Below, one piece after another: positions 20,078 to 29,396 of a stretch of DNA of 64,000 nt. The position numbers were made by a program, and so were the translations under genes. Each line of letters begins with the position of its first letter. The first letter of the stretch is position 1. Source of the DNA: Patescibacteria group bacterium (GTDB lineage: Bacteria > Patescibacteriota > Patescibacteriia > UBA11705 > DATKZF01). The DNA is taken from contig JBMORT010000009.1 of assembly GCA_049319825.1 (NCBI GenBank), forward strand, positions 67,349-131,348, read 5' to 3'. Under the pieces are notes generated by a model, which was given only the letters and a program-made list of their open reading frames with translations, was not told the origin of the DNA and made no database searches.

Positions 20078-20329
20078 ATGATAAATAATATTGAAGCTGT
20101 CACAAAAATAGCGATCTTCAAAGGTCAAGGGATTAGAAAAACTATTCATAATAATGAATGGTGGTTTTCTGTTGTTGATATAATTGCAGTTTTAACAGAC
20201 AGTGTGAATCCTCGTGATTATTGGTATAAAATGAAAGTTCGCGTAAAAAATGAAGACGGTGTTGAGTTGTCGACAAATTGTCGACAACTGAAACTTGAAT
20301 CATCAGATGGAAAAAGAAAGCGGCAATAA
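20078..20329 (+). CDS. Bro-N domain fragment (truncated paralog of 11416-12282)
   Basis: 83 aa, about 65% identical to the N-terminus of the 11416 protein (NNEWWFSVVDIIAVLTDSVNPRDYW...); the ORF stops where the paralog continues. Confidence 0.55.
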   Translation: MINNIEAVTKIAIFKGQGIRKTIHNNEWWFSVVDIIAVLTDSVNPRDYWYKMKVRVKNEDGVELSTNCRQLKLESSDGKRKRQ

Positions 20330-20395
20330 AGTTTCAACACAAAATAATTATCTCAATAAGCCCCAGGATAAGAAGTTATTAGGTAAAAATTAAAT

Positions 20396-20884
20396 ATGAA
20401 AAAGTTAGTGGTATTTTATTCCCTCGACGGCAGTACAAAATTTATTGCCAATATCATTGCGGAAAAGACCGGCGCTGAGCTCTTGGAATTAAAGCCGATC
20501 AAGCCGATCTCAAGCAAAGGATTTGGAAAAATGTTCTGGGGAGGAAAACAGGTGATGATGAAGCATAAGCCCGACTTGGAGCCGTTTGACAAAGATCCGC
20601 AAGATTATGATTTGATTTTTATCGGCACGCCGGTGTGGGCCTGGACTTTTACGCCGGCATTGCGAACATTTTTCAGCCAGGTTAAACTTCAAAATAAAAA
20701 GATCGCGCTTTTCGACTGCAATGGCGGCCAGCCGAAAGATACGCTTAATGATATGGCAAAAGAACTCGAAGGCAATGAAATTATTGGTCAATATGAATTC
20801 GAGGAGCCGATCAAGCGGCAAGAGGCTGCCAGAGAAATGGCGGAGAAGTGGGCGGGGGAAGTTTTAAATAAGTTAAATGAATAA
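20396..20884 (+). CDS. flavodoxin family protein
   Basis: MKKLVVFYSLDGSTKFIA flavodoxin N-terminal signature. Confidence 0.7.
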   Translation: MKKLVVFYSLDGSTKFIANIIAEKTGAELLELKPIKPISSKGFGKMFWGGKQVMMKHKPDLEPFDKDPQDYDLIFIGTPVWAWTFTPALRTFFSQVKLQNKKIALFDCNGGQPKDTLNDMAKELEGNEIIGQYEFEEPIKRQEAAREMAEKWAGEVLNKLNE

Positions 20885-20886
20885 TT

Positions 20887-21579
20887 ATGAATCAGAGCGA
20901 AAGACCTTATGTTTTCTTGGTTACCGGAATGTCTCTGGACGGTAAAATTTCCAATTATAAAAGGACATGCTCGCCGATTTCAAGCGATGACAATCGGGAC
21001 ATGCTTTATGACGGCAGAATCAGAGCTGATGCGGTGATGGTTGGCGGCAGGACATTGCTTTTAGATGATTCTGCATTGGATGTTAAAACAGAAGAGAGGC
21101 AAAATAAGCGTGTACAATTAGGTAAAACCAAGCAGCCAATGAAAGTGGCTGTCGTTTCAGATGCAAGTGATTTGAAGTTGGATTCTGACTTTTTAACAAG
21201 AGGCAATGGTGATAAAATAATATTTACTACTGAAAGAACTTCCAAAGAAAAAATCAGAGAGCTTGAAAAAGTATGCAAAATTTTTGTAATTGGAAATGAA
21301 AAAGTTGATTTGAAACAAGCTTTAGCAAAGCTTAAAAAGTTTGGAGTGAAAGAATTAATGGTCGAAGGCGGCGGAGAATTGATTTATTCCTTATTTAAAT
21401 ATGATTTGGTTGATGAAATAAATTTGAAGATCGGCGATATAATTTTAGGGGGAAGAAATGCTTCAACTTTATGCGATGGTGACGGATTTTTAGCTGATAC
21501 AGCTAAAAGAGTTGAATTAATTGATTTGAAGCGGATGGGAAGTGTTTTAGTTCTGAAATATAAAGTAATTCGTGAATAA
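20887..21579 (+). CDS. RibD C-terminal-domain / dihydrofolate reductase-family reductase
   Basis: PYVFLVTGMSLDGKIS start typical of the RibD_C/DHFR-like family. Confidence 0.7.
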   Translation: MNQSERPYVFLVTGMSLDGKISNYKRTCSPISSDDNRDMLYDGRIRADAVMVGGRTLLLDDSALDVKTEERQNKRVQLGKTKQPMKVAVVSDASDLKLDSDFLTRGNGDKIIFTTERTSKEKIRELEKVCKIFVIGNEKVDLKQALAKLKKFGVKELMVEGGGELIYSLFKYDLVDEINLKIGDIILGGRNASTLCDGDGFLADTAKRVELIDLKRMGSVLVLKYKVIRE

Positions 21580-21631
21580 ATTCCAGCGAATTTTTTATAC
21601 TATTGCACCAAAAATTCGCTGATAAAATGAT

Positions 21632-21892
21632 ATGAGAATCGAGAAAAAAGTCTGGCCGAAATATTTCCAAAAAATTTTGGACGGCGATAAAACTTTTGAA
21701 ATCCGCCTGGCTGATTTTGAGTGCGGCCCGGGTGACACTTTGGTTTTAAAGGAATGGGATCCGGAGACTGAAAAGTATACTGGACGTGAAATTGAAAAAG
21801 AGATTACTTATGTTTTAAAAACCAAAGAGTTGGAATTTTGGCCAGAGGAAGACGTTGAAAAATACGGCTTTCAGATAATTTCATTTAAATAA
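21632..21892 (+). CDS. ASCH-like (DUF3850) small protein
   Basis: similarity pattern KTFEIRLADF...GDTLVLKE; weak. Confidence 0.45.
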   Translation: MRIEKKVWPKYFQKILDGDKTFEIRLADFECGPGDTLVLKEWDPETEKYTGREIEKEITYVLKTKELEFWPEEDVEKYGFQIISFK

Positions 21893-21894
21893 AC

Positions 21895-23046
21895 ATGAAA
21901 ATATTATTTTTTACTGACACATTTTTACCGGAGATCAGCGGCGTGGTCACTTCAGTGGTTAATTTTTCGAAAAGATTGGCCGAGCGCGGCCATGAAATTT
22001 TTATTTTCACCACCCAAAAAAAATCAGCAGAAAAAATCGACCTCGGGCCGCGCATTCATCTGCGGTATTTCAAGCCGATGAATTTTTTAATTAAATATCC
22101 TGATTTTCATCTGGCGCAGCCGGAGATTATCAAAACATTCAAAGATATCAGAGAAATAAAGCCGGATATCATTCATCTTCACATTCCTTCGCCGCAAACC
22201 TGGATGGCGATCGTGCTGGCGCGGCATTATAATATTCCGGTCATTGCCACTTACCACACGCTGCTGCCTAAATTTCTGGGCCATACCTCGCTTCGGGTGC
22301 TGGGCAATGGCAAATCAATGGAAAAGCTGGCCTGGGCATACACGAAAACTTACTATAATCGCCTGAATTTGATCATCACTCCCAGCAAAGTGATGAAGCA
22401 GCAGCTGGCCAGACACGGAGTGAAAAAGAAAATCGAAGTGGTCAGTAATGGCGTCGACGAGACGGTTTTTTCGTATAATCCGATCGCCCATGATAAAATT
22501 CGTCTGCTTCATCTGGGCAGAATAAGCGATGAAAAAAATATTGATCAGGTCGTTCAGGCATTTAAATTGGCAAGGCAAAAAAATGATCAGCTGACATTAT
22601 CCATTTTAGGAGATGGCCCGGCGCTGGGCAGCATTAAAAAGCTGGTTGAAGATTTAAATCTTGGCGGCGACGTCACTTTCATTTCGCCTCAGCCGCTCAG
22701 CGAGCTGCCCAAATTTTATAATGCCCATGATATGTTCGTGACCGCATCGCCGATTGAAACCGAAGGCATAGTAATCTTGGAAGCCATGACTTGCGGCCTG
22801 CCAATAGTCGGCTGTCGCGAAATGGCTGTGCCGCATTTGGTGAGGCATAACAAAAATGGCTATTTATTTGAAAATGGCGATATTGATCGAATGGCTGAGT
22901 ATATGCAGACGCTTGCCATGAATGTAAAAAAACGAAAGCGATTTTCCAGAAATTCATTGGAAATGAGCAAAAGATACGCGCTGAAAAGAAGCATTGATAA
23001 AATTGAAGGAATTTACAAGAAATTAATCAAGAAGAATGTGAAATAG
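21895..23046 (+). CDS. glycosyltransferase family 4
   Basis: GT4 C-terminal EGIVILEAMTCGLPIVG motif. Confidence 0.85.
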   Translation: MKILFFTDTFLPEISGVVTSVVNFSKRLAERGHEIFIFTTQKKSAEKIDLGPRIHLRYFKPMNFLIKYPDFHLAQPEIIKTFKDIREIKPDIIHLHIPSPQTWMAIVLARHYNIPVIATYHTLLPKFLGHTSLRVLGNGKSMEKLAWAYTKTYYNRLNLIITPSKVMKQQLARHGVKKKIEVVSNGVDETVFSYNPIAHDKIRLLHLGRISDEKNIDQVVQAFKLARQKNDQLTLSILGDGPALGSIKKLVEDLNLGGDVTFISPQPLSELPKFYNAHDMFVTASPIETEGIVILEAMTCGLPIVGCREMAVPHLVRHNKNGYLFENGDIDRMAEYMQTLAMNVKKRKRFSRNSLEMSKRYALKRSIDKIEGIYKKLIKKNVK

Positions 23047-23098
23047 GCAGTAGGCAGAAGTATTTTAAGATATTCTTAAGTTCAAATAAAAACAAAAT

Positions 23099-23500
23099 AT
23101 GTCTATACGAATTCCGTTAAATGCTTTGATTTTAACTTTGATAAACTTGGGATCAGTACTTTTATCTTTAGAAATAGTGAATGTGTCCAGCATTAGGAAT
23201 AATGTCGCTTGGGTAGCGGCACTTCTAGCTGTCTTATTCAGTATGATCGGATATTGGGTATTTCGATTCATCGCCAGAAGTTTCAGGGAGCGATTTGTGA
23301 TTTTTCAGGGTATTGCCTTTGCGTATCTGTATATATTCTCTTTGATTTGGATGGCAGTTATTTATATCGCCGGATATTACATGATTCGCGGCAGCTGGCC
23401 AGAATTCGGAAATCTGGTAATGCTCTGGGCTTTTCAGCTGCCTACGAATTATTTGGCTCTATATATTGTGTATGAAATTCATCATAAACAAGTAAAATAA
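23099..23500 (+). CDS. small integral membrane protein
   Basis: 4 predicted TM helices. Confidence 0.45.
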   Translation: MSIRIPLNALILTLINLGSVLLSLEIVNVSSIRNNVAWVAALLAVLFSMIGYWVFRFIARSFRERFVIFQGIAFAYLYIFSLIWMAVIYIAGYYMIRGSWPEFGNLVMLWAFQLPTNYLALYIVYEIHHKQVK

Positions 23501-23504
23501 ATTT

Positions 23505-23918
23505 ATGTTTAAATTTTATTATCCAATCAGAATAAAATCTTTAATCATTCCGGTAATTTTTTGGGCAGGCTGGATGATCGCTTGGATCTGGGCGCCGTCG
23601 GAGATTTTGGTTTGGGGGCCGATCAAATATATCATCATCGCCATTTTCGCTCCCATCGGCGTAATAATTTTAGGCGCGCTGACTGGCTATCGAGTTGAAT
23701 TTGATCAGGTGACGCTCAAAGTCGGATTTTTTCCGTTTATCAGAAAAATTAAAGTTGAAAAAGTGTCAGCCATCAAAAAGGGCGGCATCTATCCGCGCAG
23801 TCTGTGGCAGACGTCAGATTTCGTGACGCTGGGATTCAAAGATAAAAAAGGTTTTTCTTTCCCCTGCAACGAGGCGGAGAAAATAATCGATATTTTAAAA
23901 AGATTCATCAAGCCATAA
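23505..23918 (+). CDS. membrane protein with bPH-like C-terminal domain
   Basis: 2 TM helices, then a PH-like beta segment; tentative. Confidence 0.4.
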   Translation: MFKFYYPIRIKSLIIPVIFWAGWMIAWIWAPSEILVWGPIKYIIIAIFAPIGVIILGALTGYRVEFDQVTLKVGFFPFIRKIKVEKVSAIKKGGIYPRSLWQTSDFVTLGFKDKKGFSFPCNEAEKIIDILKRFIKP

Positions 23919-23920
23919 TT

Positions 23921-24340
23921 ATGAGAAAATTACCCAAAGTCGGCGTCGGCGTCATTATCCGAAAAGACAATAAAGTTTTATTAGGCTTGCGCACCGGGCA
24001 TCATGGAATCGGGACGCACAGCCTGCCCGGCGGACATCTCGAATGGAACGAAAGCATTGAACAATGCGCCAAGCGTGAGACTTTAGAAGAAACCGGATTG
24101 AAGATAAAAAATTTGCGGCACTCAATTTATACCAATGACATTTTTAAAAAAGAAAAAAAGCACTATGTCACGGTTTTTATCGTCGCTGATTATGCGAGTG
24201 GCGAGCTGAAAATAAAAGAGCCGAATAGGGAAGTAAACTGGCGCTGGTACAGCTGGAATAAATTGCCAAAGCCGCTTTTTCTGCCGGTGAAGCATTTGGT
24301 CGAGGCGGGATTTAATCCGTTTAAAAATGTAAGGGATTGA
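23921..24340 (+). CDS. NUDIX hydrolase
   Basis: Nudix box GGHLEWNESIEQCAKRETLEETGL. Confidence 0.8.
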   Translation: MRKLPKVGVGVIIRKDNKVLLGLRTGHHGIGTHSLPGGHLEWNESIEQCAKRETLEETGLKIKNLRHSIYTNDIFKKEKKHYVTVFIVADYASGELKIKEPNREVNWRWYSWNKLPKPLFLPVKHLVEAGFNPFKNVRD

Positions 24341-24365
24341 AAAAAAATAAGTATTTTGCTATACT
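24337..24365 (+). promoter_or_regulatory. sigma-70-like promoter upstream of tRNA-Val
   Basis: TTGAAA-17 nt-TATACT about 40 nt upstream of the tRNA. Confidence 0.4.
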
Positions 24366-24406
24366 GCTTTAGTGAAATAAATATTTGAAAATTCGAAATT
24401 TTGTTC

Positions 24407-24483
24407 GGGCGTATGGCTCAGCTGGTTAGAGCGCTACCTTCACACGGTAGAGGTCTCTGGTTCGAATCCAGATACGCCCACCA
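24407..24483 (+). tRNA. tRNA-Val (anticodon CAC)
   Basis: GGGCGTA/TACGCCC acceptor stem, anticodon loop TTCACAC, A73, encoded CCA. Confidence 0.85.
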
Positions 24484-24800
24484 TTCTTCGCTCGCTAGAG
24501 CGAAGAATGTCCTCCGAAGCCGTCCTTCACTAAAAGCTCCGAACAGCGAAGGAGGACCAGTAAAATAAGTTCGTACTGCCCTTCTTGACGCGAGCTTCGA
24601 ATGGCGCAGCCATTTCAGGGCGAAGGATGTCGTTCGAAGCCTTGGCGAGGAACGCCCAAGTTACGTATAGGTACTGAAGCTCTCAATCGCTTCGGATGGC
24701 ATGGCCATCCTGAATTTTAAAGCAAACACCGATTTCGGCGTTTTTTTTATTGTTGCTATTGACTAATCTGGTTAAAATATCTACAATACCAAATCCTGTG
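24484..24800 (+). other. GC-rich structured region (possible ncRNA or long structured 5' leader)
   Basis: series of hairpins immediately 3' of tRNA-Val (ttcttcgctc...gagcgaagaa; gtcctcc...ggaggac; ggatggcatggccatcc); GC content well above local background. Confidence 0.3.
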
Positions 24801-24832
24801 AAAGGATGGAACCTTTACAAAGGAGGCACCCA

Positions 24833-26017
24833 ATGCCCGGCCGAAAGGAAATTGCCAAAAGAAGAATTACAGCCAAAGAGCTGTTTGAAATGGGCCATAA
24901 GATACCTGATATTGCTGACATGTTAAGAGTGGCAAAGGAAACAATCGATCGGGACTTATTCATTATCAGAGATGAAAAGGAAAATAAGCCGGCCCCAAAG
25001 CGTAGTCTGTTGGCTAGATCGATCGTCATCATTTTGGCTGAACGCGAAGAGGAACTTGATTTAAGAAAAGCGCTTGGCCGCTGGCGGCCGCTGGCGCAGT
25101 TGCCAGCTCAGGCGAAGACCATTGAACTGGTGCTTGGAGAACTTCGGGTCGGCACTGATTTGCCGAAAAAATATCAAAGAATCATCAATGACATTTTCGG
25201 CGACTATTACCGTCCAGCCGAGGACATGGTTATTTTACGAAAATTGCCTGAAATTCTTCACTATGTCTGCCAAGAAACAATTCCCGAAACCGAAAACGAG
25301 CTGATCGCGGCCTATGTCAGGCAATATAAAACAGCAATAAGGCGATTTACCGGCGATATCGCCTTGCCGTGGTGTCCGGCAGTAATTATTTATGAGATTG
25401 ATGAGGCCATCGCCTCGCTCAAGCCGCTGCAGCGGCACGCAATTAACTTGCGCTACGGCGAAAAAATGACTTTTAGAGCCATTGGCAAAGAAATGGGTTA
25501 TCGCAGTGGGCAAAGAGCCAGACAAATCATCGAAAGAGCGTTCATTACTCTCCGACATCGGATTAAAATCCGTGAAATTATGCCAGAAGTCGACACTCTG
25601 CGGTCCGAAATCAAGCGGCTGAATGATTTGCTGGGTAAGCAGGAAAGATTTAGTAAATTCCAAGCTCTGCAGCTAAAGTCTCTTAGAGACGGCCAGTGGC
25701 CATCGGAAGCTGAAATTGCTGAATATACGCCCCATTTCAAAGAGTTGTTTACCAGTCTTGATGAACTTGAATTATCGTGTCGATCGGCTAATTGCCTGCA
25801 AAACGCCAATCTCCGTTTGGTCGGGGAATTGGCGCAGACAACAGAGGAGGAATTGCTCAAAACCAAGAATTTTGGACGCAAATCGCTCAGAGAAATCAAA
25901 GAGATTTTAGCCGAGATGGGTCTTTCGCTTGGAATGAACGGACCCGAGATTGACGTTTTCAATGACCGGCTCAATCGGGAGTCGGCAAGTCAGCGCCACG
26001 GCAACGAAGTCAGATAG
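24833..26017 (+). CDS. chimeric sigma-70 region-4-like / RNA polymerase alpha-CTD-like protein
   Basis: start ATG 7 nt after AGGAGG; central [37 protein letters not shown] matches sigma-70 region 4.2 (compare rpoD in this window); C-terminal [57 protein letters not shown] matches the RpoA alpha-CTD. Confidence 0.7.
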   Translation: MPGRKEIAKRRITAKELFEMGHKIPDIADMLRVAKETIDRDLFIIRDEKENKPAPKRSLLARSIVIILAEREEELDLRKALGRWRPLAQLPAQAKTIELVLGELRVGTDLPKKYQRIINDIFGDYYRPAEDMVILRKLPEILHYVCQETIPETENELIAAYVRQYKTAIRRFTGDIALPWCPAVIIYEIDEAIASLKPLQRHAINLRYGEKMTFRAIGKEMGYRSGQRARQIIERAFITLRHRIKIREIMPEVDTLRSEIKRLNDLLGKQERFSKFQALQLKSLRDGQWPSEAEIAEYTPHFKELFTSLDELELSCRSANCLQNANLRLVGELAQTTEEELLKTKNFGRKSLREIKEILAEMGLSLGMNGPEIDVFNDRLNRESASQRHGNEVR

Positions 26018-26144
26018 CGCAACGGTTATCCGGCTATTTAATAAATAGCCGGTTTTATATTGGCAGAATTATGCACAGGGGAGTCTACATTTGGCATTAA
26101 AAATGGTATAATTTGTTTAACTTTTAAATAAAATAAAAAAAATT

Positions 26145-29100
26145 ATGAATTTTAGGCAAGAGTCAATTTTCAAGTATTTTTTAATCTGCGTTTCACTTTT
26201 TTGTCTGTTCTTCTACGTGGTGCAGATAATCAATGCTTATCCTTTTGAAACAGTGCGTCAAGACACTGTAAACGGCTCGGATGTCGCCGTATTGGTATCT
26301 GAGGATTTTAATACCGATGGCTGGCTCGATGTGGCGGCCACCAGCTGCAATGATAACACGCTTTCGGTGCATATGGGCAGGGGGGATGGCTCGTTTGAAG
26401 ACGCGGTTTCATATTCGACCGGAAATTGTCCATGGGCGGTTCGATCAGGCGATTTTAATTTGGATCGTAATGTCGATTTGATGGTGACCAATTCAGGGGA
26501 AGATACGATCACGGTTTTTTTAGGAAATCCTGACGGGTCATTTAATGCCGGAATTGACTATACGGTTGGAAATAATCCTTATGACGCGGTCGCTTCGGAT
26601 CTCGATGGAGACGGATTTTTGGATTTAATCGTCGGGAATTATAGCGATAGCACCGTGTCCGTTTTGTTAAATGACGGTACGGGTAATTTCAATTTTGACT
26701 CTGAGTATGACACGGGCGATAATAATTGGGGAGTTGTTGCCGGAGATTTTAATAACGACGGCTTTAATGATATTGCCACCGCAAATTATAATGACGATAG
26801 TGTGTCAGTGCTGCTGGGCAATGGAGACGGCACGCTTGGAATCCATACGGATTATCCTGCCGGAGACAATCCTGATGCGATCACTGCCGCCGATCTAAAT
26901 AGGGATAATCAATTGGATTTGATGACCTCAAATGAATTGAGTAATGATGTTACTGTTTTGATAGGAAACGGGGATGGCACGTTTCAGGCGGCAATCAGTT
27001 ACGGGGTCGGGGCGGCACCGTATTCCGTAGCTGCTAAAGATTTGAATAATGATCGCTATCCGGATTTGATAACGGCAAATTACAACGATAATACCGTTTC
27101 CGTGTTGATTAATAATGGCGGCCTAAACTTCAACGCGGCCACGAATTATTCATCAGGATATGGAACTTTTTGGGCGATCGTGGCGGATATCGATGACAAC
27201 GCCATTCCGGATATTGTCACGGCCGATTACGATTATGGAATTTTTTCCGTGCTTTTCGGAAATGGCAACGGTACATTCAAGGTTTTACCGGAATATTCGG
27301 TTGGGGATTCTCCCTACTTTGTTTATAGCGCCGATATCAATAAAGACAATAAGCCGGATTTAATATCGGCTAATTACGATTCTGATAATATTTCCGTACT
27401 AATCAATAATGGTAAGGGGACTTTTGCCAATGCTCAGAATTATAATGTCGGGAGTAATCCCGGTTCCCTGGTATCCTCGGATTTAAATAAAGACGGCGAT
27501 GAGGATTTGATTGTCGCCAACTATGGAAGCTCGACATTTTCCGTGCTTTTTGGCAATGGAAATGGAAGTTTTGGCGATCCCGTTGATTATTTGACAGGCT
27601 CCGGACCCAGGCAGGTAAAAACCGCGGATGTTGACAATGATGGTGATCAGGATATGGTGATCGTCGGGTCAAAAGTGGTTTGTCGCTTGCCGATTTTTCC
27701 CATATTATTCGTAATCAGACCTCGTCCGCCGTTTCCTCCGGACTGTCGATTAAGAAATTTCGGTTCAGTATATTATAATGACGGTACCGGATCTTTCACC
27801 GGCAGCGCCGCTTTAACGGTGGGAGGAAATCCGATGGATATTTCGACCGGAGATTTTAACGGTGATGATTATATCGATTTAGCGTATTCAGTCGCCGACG
27901 AAGGTAACTTGTATGTTGTTTTGAATGATGGAGCTGGTGTATTCGGATCACCGACGTCCTACGCCGCCGGCGGCGGCGCTCATGGCGTCAGCCTGGCCGA
28001 TTTTGATCAAGATGGAATACTTGATGCGGCAGTTTCAAATACCGATGATAATACCATATCATTGTTGATCGGCAATGGAGACGGATCATTCCAGCCGGCC
28101 GTTCAATACGATTCCATCGGCGGGCCGGCGATGATGATCGCTTATGATATTGATAAGGATTCAAAAATAGATCTGATCGCCACAAACACCGCGGCTGAAA
28201 ACTTCGCGATATTGATGGGAGCAGGCAGCTTTAGCGCCACCAAATATTTCGGAGCGGGAGATGCTCCCGTCGCTGTCGCTCATGGCGATTTTAATCATGA
28301 CGGTTATGATGATTTGGCCATTGCCAATTCCGGAGAAGATTCCATATCCGTCGCTTTTAATCGCGCTGCTCGTGCGGGCTCTGGCGGCGGTGGCGGGGGA
28401 GGATCAAATTTTTTGCCTCCCGAAGCATTCTTTCCTCCAAGTCCTCCTGAGGACGGTTTTTCAGTCGAGCTTTACGAAGACAACGATACTAATGACGCTT
28501 GTAAAATGTTTTTGGTGATGAATGGCGGTGTGGACGCCAATAGAATAACCATATCTAATAACCCGGAGTTCGAGCACGCCATTTTAGATTCATATTCGCC
28601 GGTGATGACTTGGAATTTTTGCGATAACCCGACCAACCATGGAATCGGTAACAAAGATGTTTCCGCGGTCGCTGAAAGTCAAATGATTTACGTCAAATTT
28701 TACACGAAATGGGGCAGATGCAGTGATCCGATCAGTATTTCACTGGACAGTATAAAAACCTATGCTGAATTTGAACAGATGATGGTATCCGATGGCAGCG
28801 TCATTGCCGCCAGTGGAGATTCGACTGTGTATTTGATTAAAGATAAAGCCAAATGGCCGTTTATGAGTCAACATGTTTTGGAATCATGGGGGTATCGAGA
28901 AGAGAATGTTATTTCCGTATCGAATTTAAATCTGTGGGCGACCGGGCATGAATTATGGTACCCGATCGATCACCACTATATCCAGGGAATGCTAGTCACC
29001 GGAAAAGATAAATTGTATATTATCTCCGACTCAACGCTAAGAGAATTTGACACAGATTCGATCGCCGAAAAATTGGGATATAAAATTGCTAATGCCGTGA

Positions 29101-29339
29101 CTTTGCCAGATTACATCTTAAACGATTTTCAGATCGGTTCAAAAATCGAGTCGGATTCAGCGCATCCTGACGGCACATTGATAAAATATGATAACAGTCC
29201 GAATGTCTATTTGCTTGATAATGGAGAGAAAAGATGGATCGTGACGATGAACGCTTTCGTTTCCGGCGGATATAATTGGGATTCAATCATAACCATTCCC
29301 GATGATCATCAATATCCTAACGGAGAATCAATAAAATAA
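26145..29339 (+). CDS. giant FG-GAP/VCBS-repeat (beta-propeller) surface protein with C-terminal domain of unknown function
   Basis: N-terminal signal/TM; more than 14 repeats of the DxDxDGxxD...SVLLGNGDGTF type; poly-Gly linker (GSGGGGGGGS) then a ~300-aa non-repeat domain. Confidence 0.8.
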   Translation: MNFRQESIFKYFLICVSLFCLFFYVVQIINAYPFETVRQDTVNGSDVAVLVSEDFNTDGWLDVAATSCNDNTLSVHMGRGDGSFEDAVSYSTGNCPWAVRSGDFNLDRNVDLMVTNSGEDTITVFLGNPDGSFNAGIDYTVGNNPYDAVASDLDGDGFLDLIVGNYSDSTVSVLLNDGTGNFNFDSEYDTGDNNWGVVAGDFNNDGFNDIATANYNDDSVSVLLGNGDGTLGIHTDYPAGDNPDAITAADLNRDNQLDLMTSNELSNDVTVLIGNGDGTFQAAISYGVGAAPYSVAAKDLNNDRYPDLITANYNDNTVSVLINNGGLNFNAATNYSSGYGTFWAIVADIDDNAIPDIVTADYDYGIFSVLFGNGNGTFKVLPEYSVGDSPYFVYSADINKDNKPDLISANYDSDNISVLINNGKGTFANAQNYNVGSNPGSLVSSDLNKDGDEDLIVANYGSSTFSVLFGNGNGSFGDPVDYLTGSGPRQVKTADVDNDGDQDMVIVGSKVVCRLPIFPILFVIRPRPPFPPDCRLRNFGSVYYNDGTGSFTGSAALTVGGNPMDISTGDFNGDDYIDLAYSVADEGNLYVVLNDGAGVFGSPTSYAAGGGAHGVSLADFDQDGILDAAVSNTDDNTISLLIGNGDGSFQPAVQYDSIGGPAMMIAYDIDKDSKIDLIATNTAAENFAILMGAGSFSATKYFGAGDAPVAVAHGDFNHDGYDDLAIANSGEDSISVAFNRAARAGSGGGGGGGSNFLPPEAFFPPSPPEDGFSVELYEDNDTNDACKMFLVMNGGVDANRITISNNPEFEHAILDSYSPVMTWNFCDNPTNHGIGNKDVSAVAESQMIYVKFYTKWGRCSDPISISLDSIKTYAEFEQMMVSDGSVIAASGDSTVYLIKDKAKWPFMSQHVLESWGYREENVISVSNLNLWATGHELWYPIDHHYIQGMLVTGKDKLYIISDSTLREFDTDSIAEKLGYKIANAVTLPDYILNDFQIGSKIESDSAHPDGTLIKYDNSPNVYLLDNGEKRWIVTMNAFVSGGYNWDSIITIPDDHQYPNGESIK

Positions 29340-29346
29340 GATGATT

Positions 29347-29371
29347 AAAACGGCGGTTTATCCGTCGTTTT
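29347..29371. terminator. bidirectional rho-independent terminator
   Basis: aaaacggcgg-tttat-ccgtcgtttt between convergent genes. Confidence 0.45.
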
Positions 29372-29396
29372 ATATTTTAAAAAAGACAGTCTTGGA

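Noticed and set aside
24407-29339. Classical tRNA-integrated genomic island (integrase plus direct repeat of the tRNA 3' end)
   Set aside because: No integrase, recombinase or second copy of the tRNA-Val 3' end was found downstream. The locus is therefore described as a tRNA-adjacent regulator/surface-protein pair, not an integrative element.
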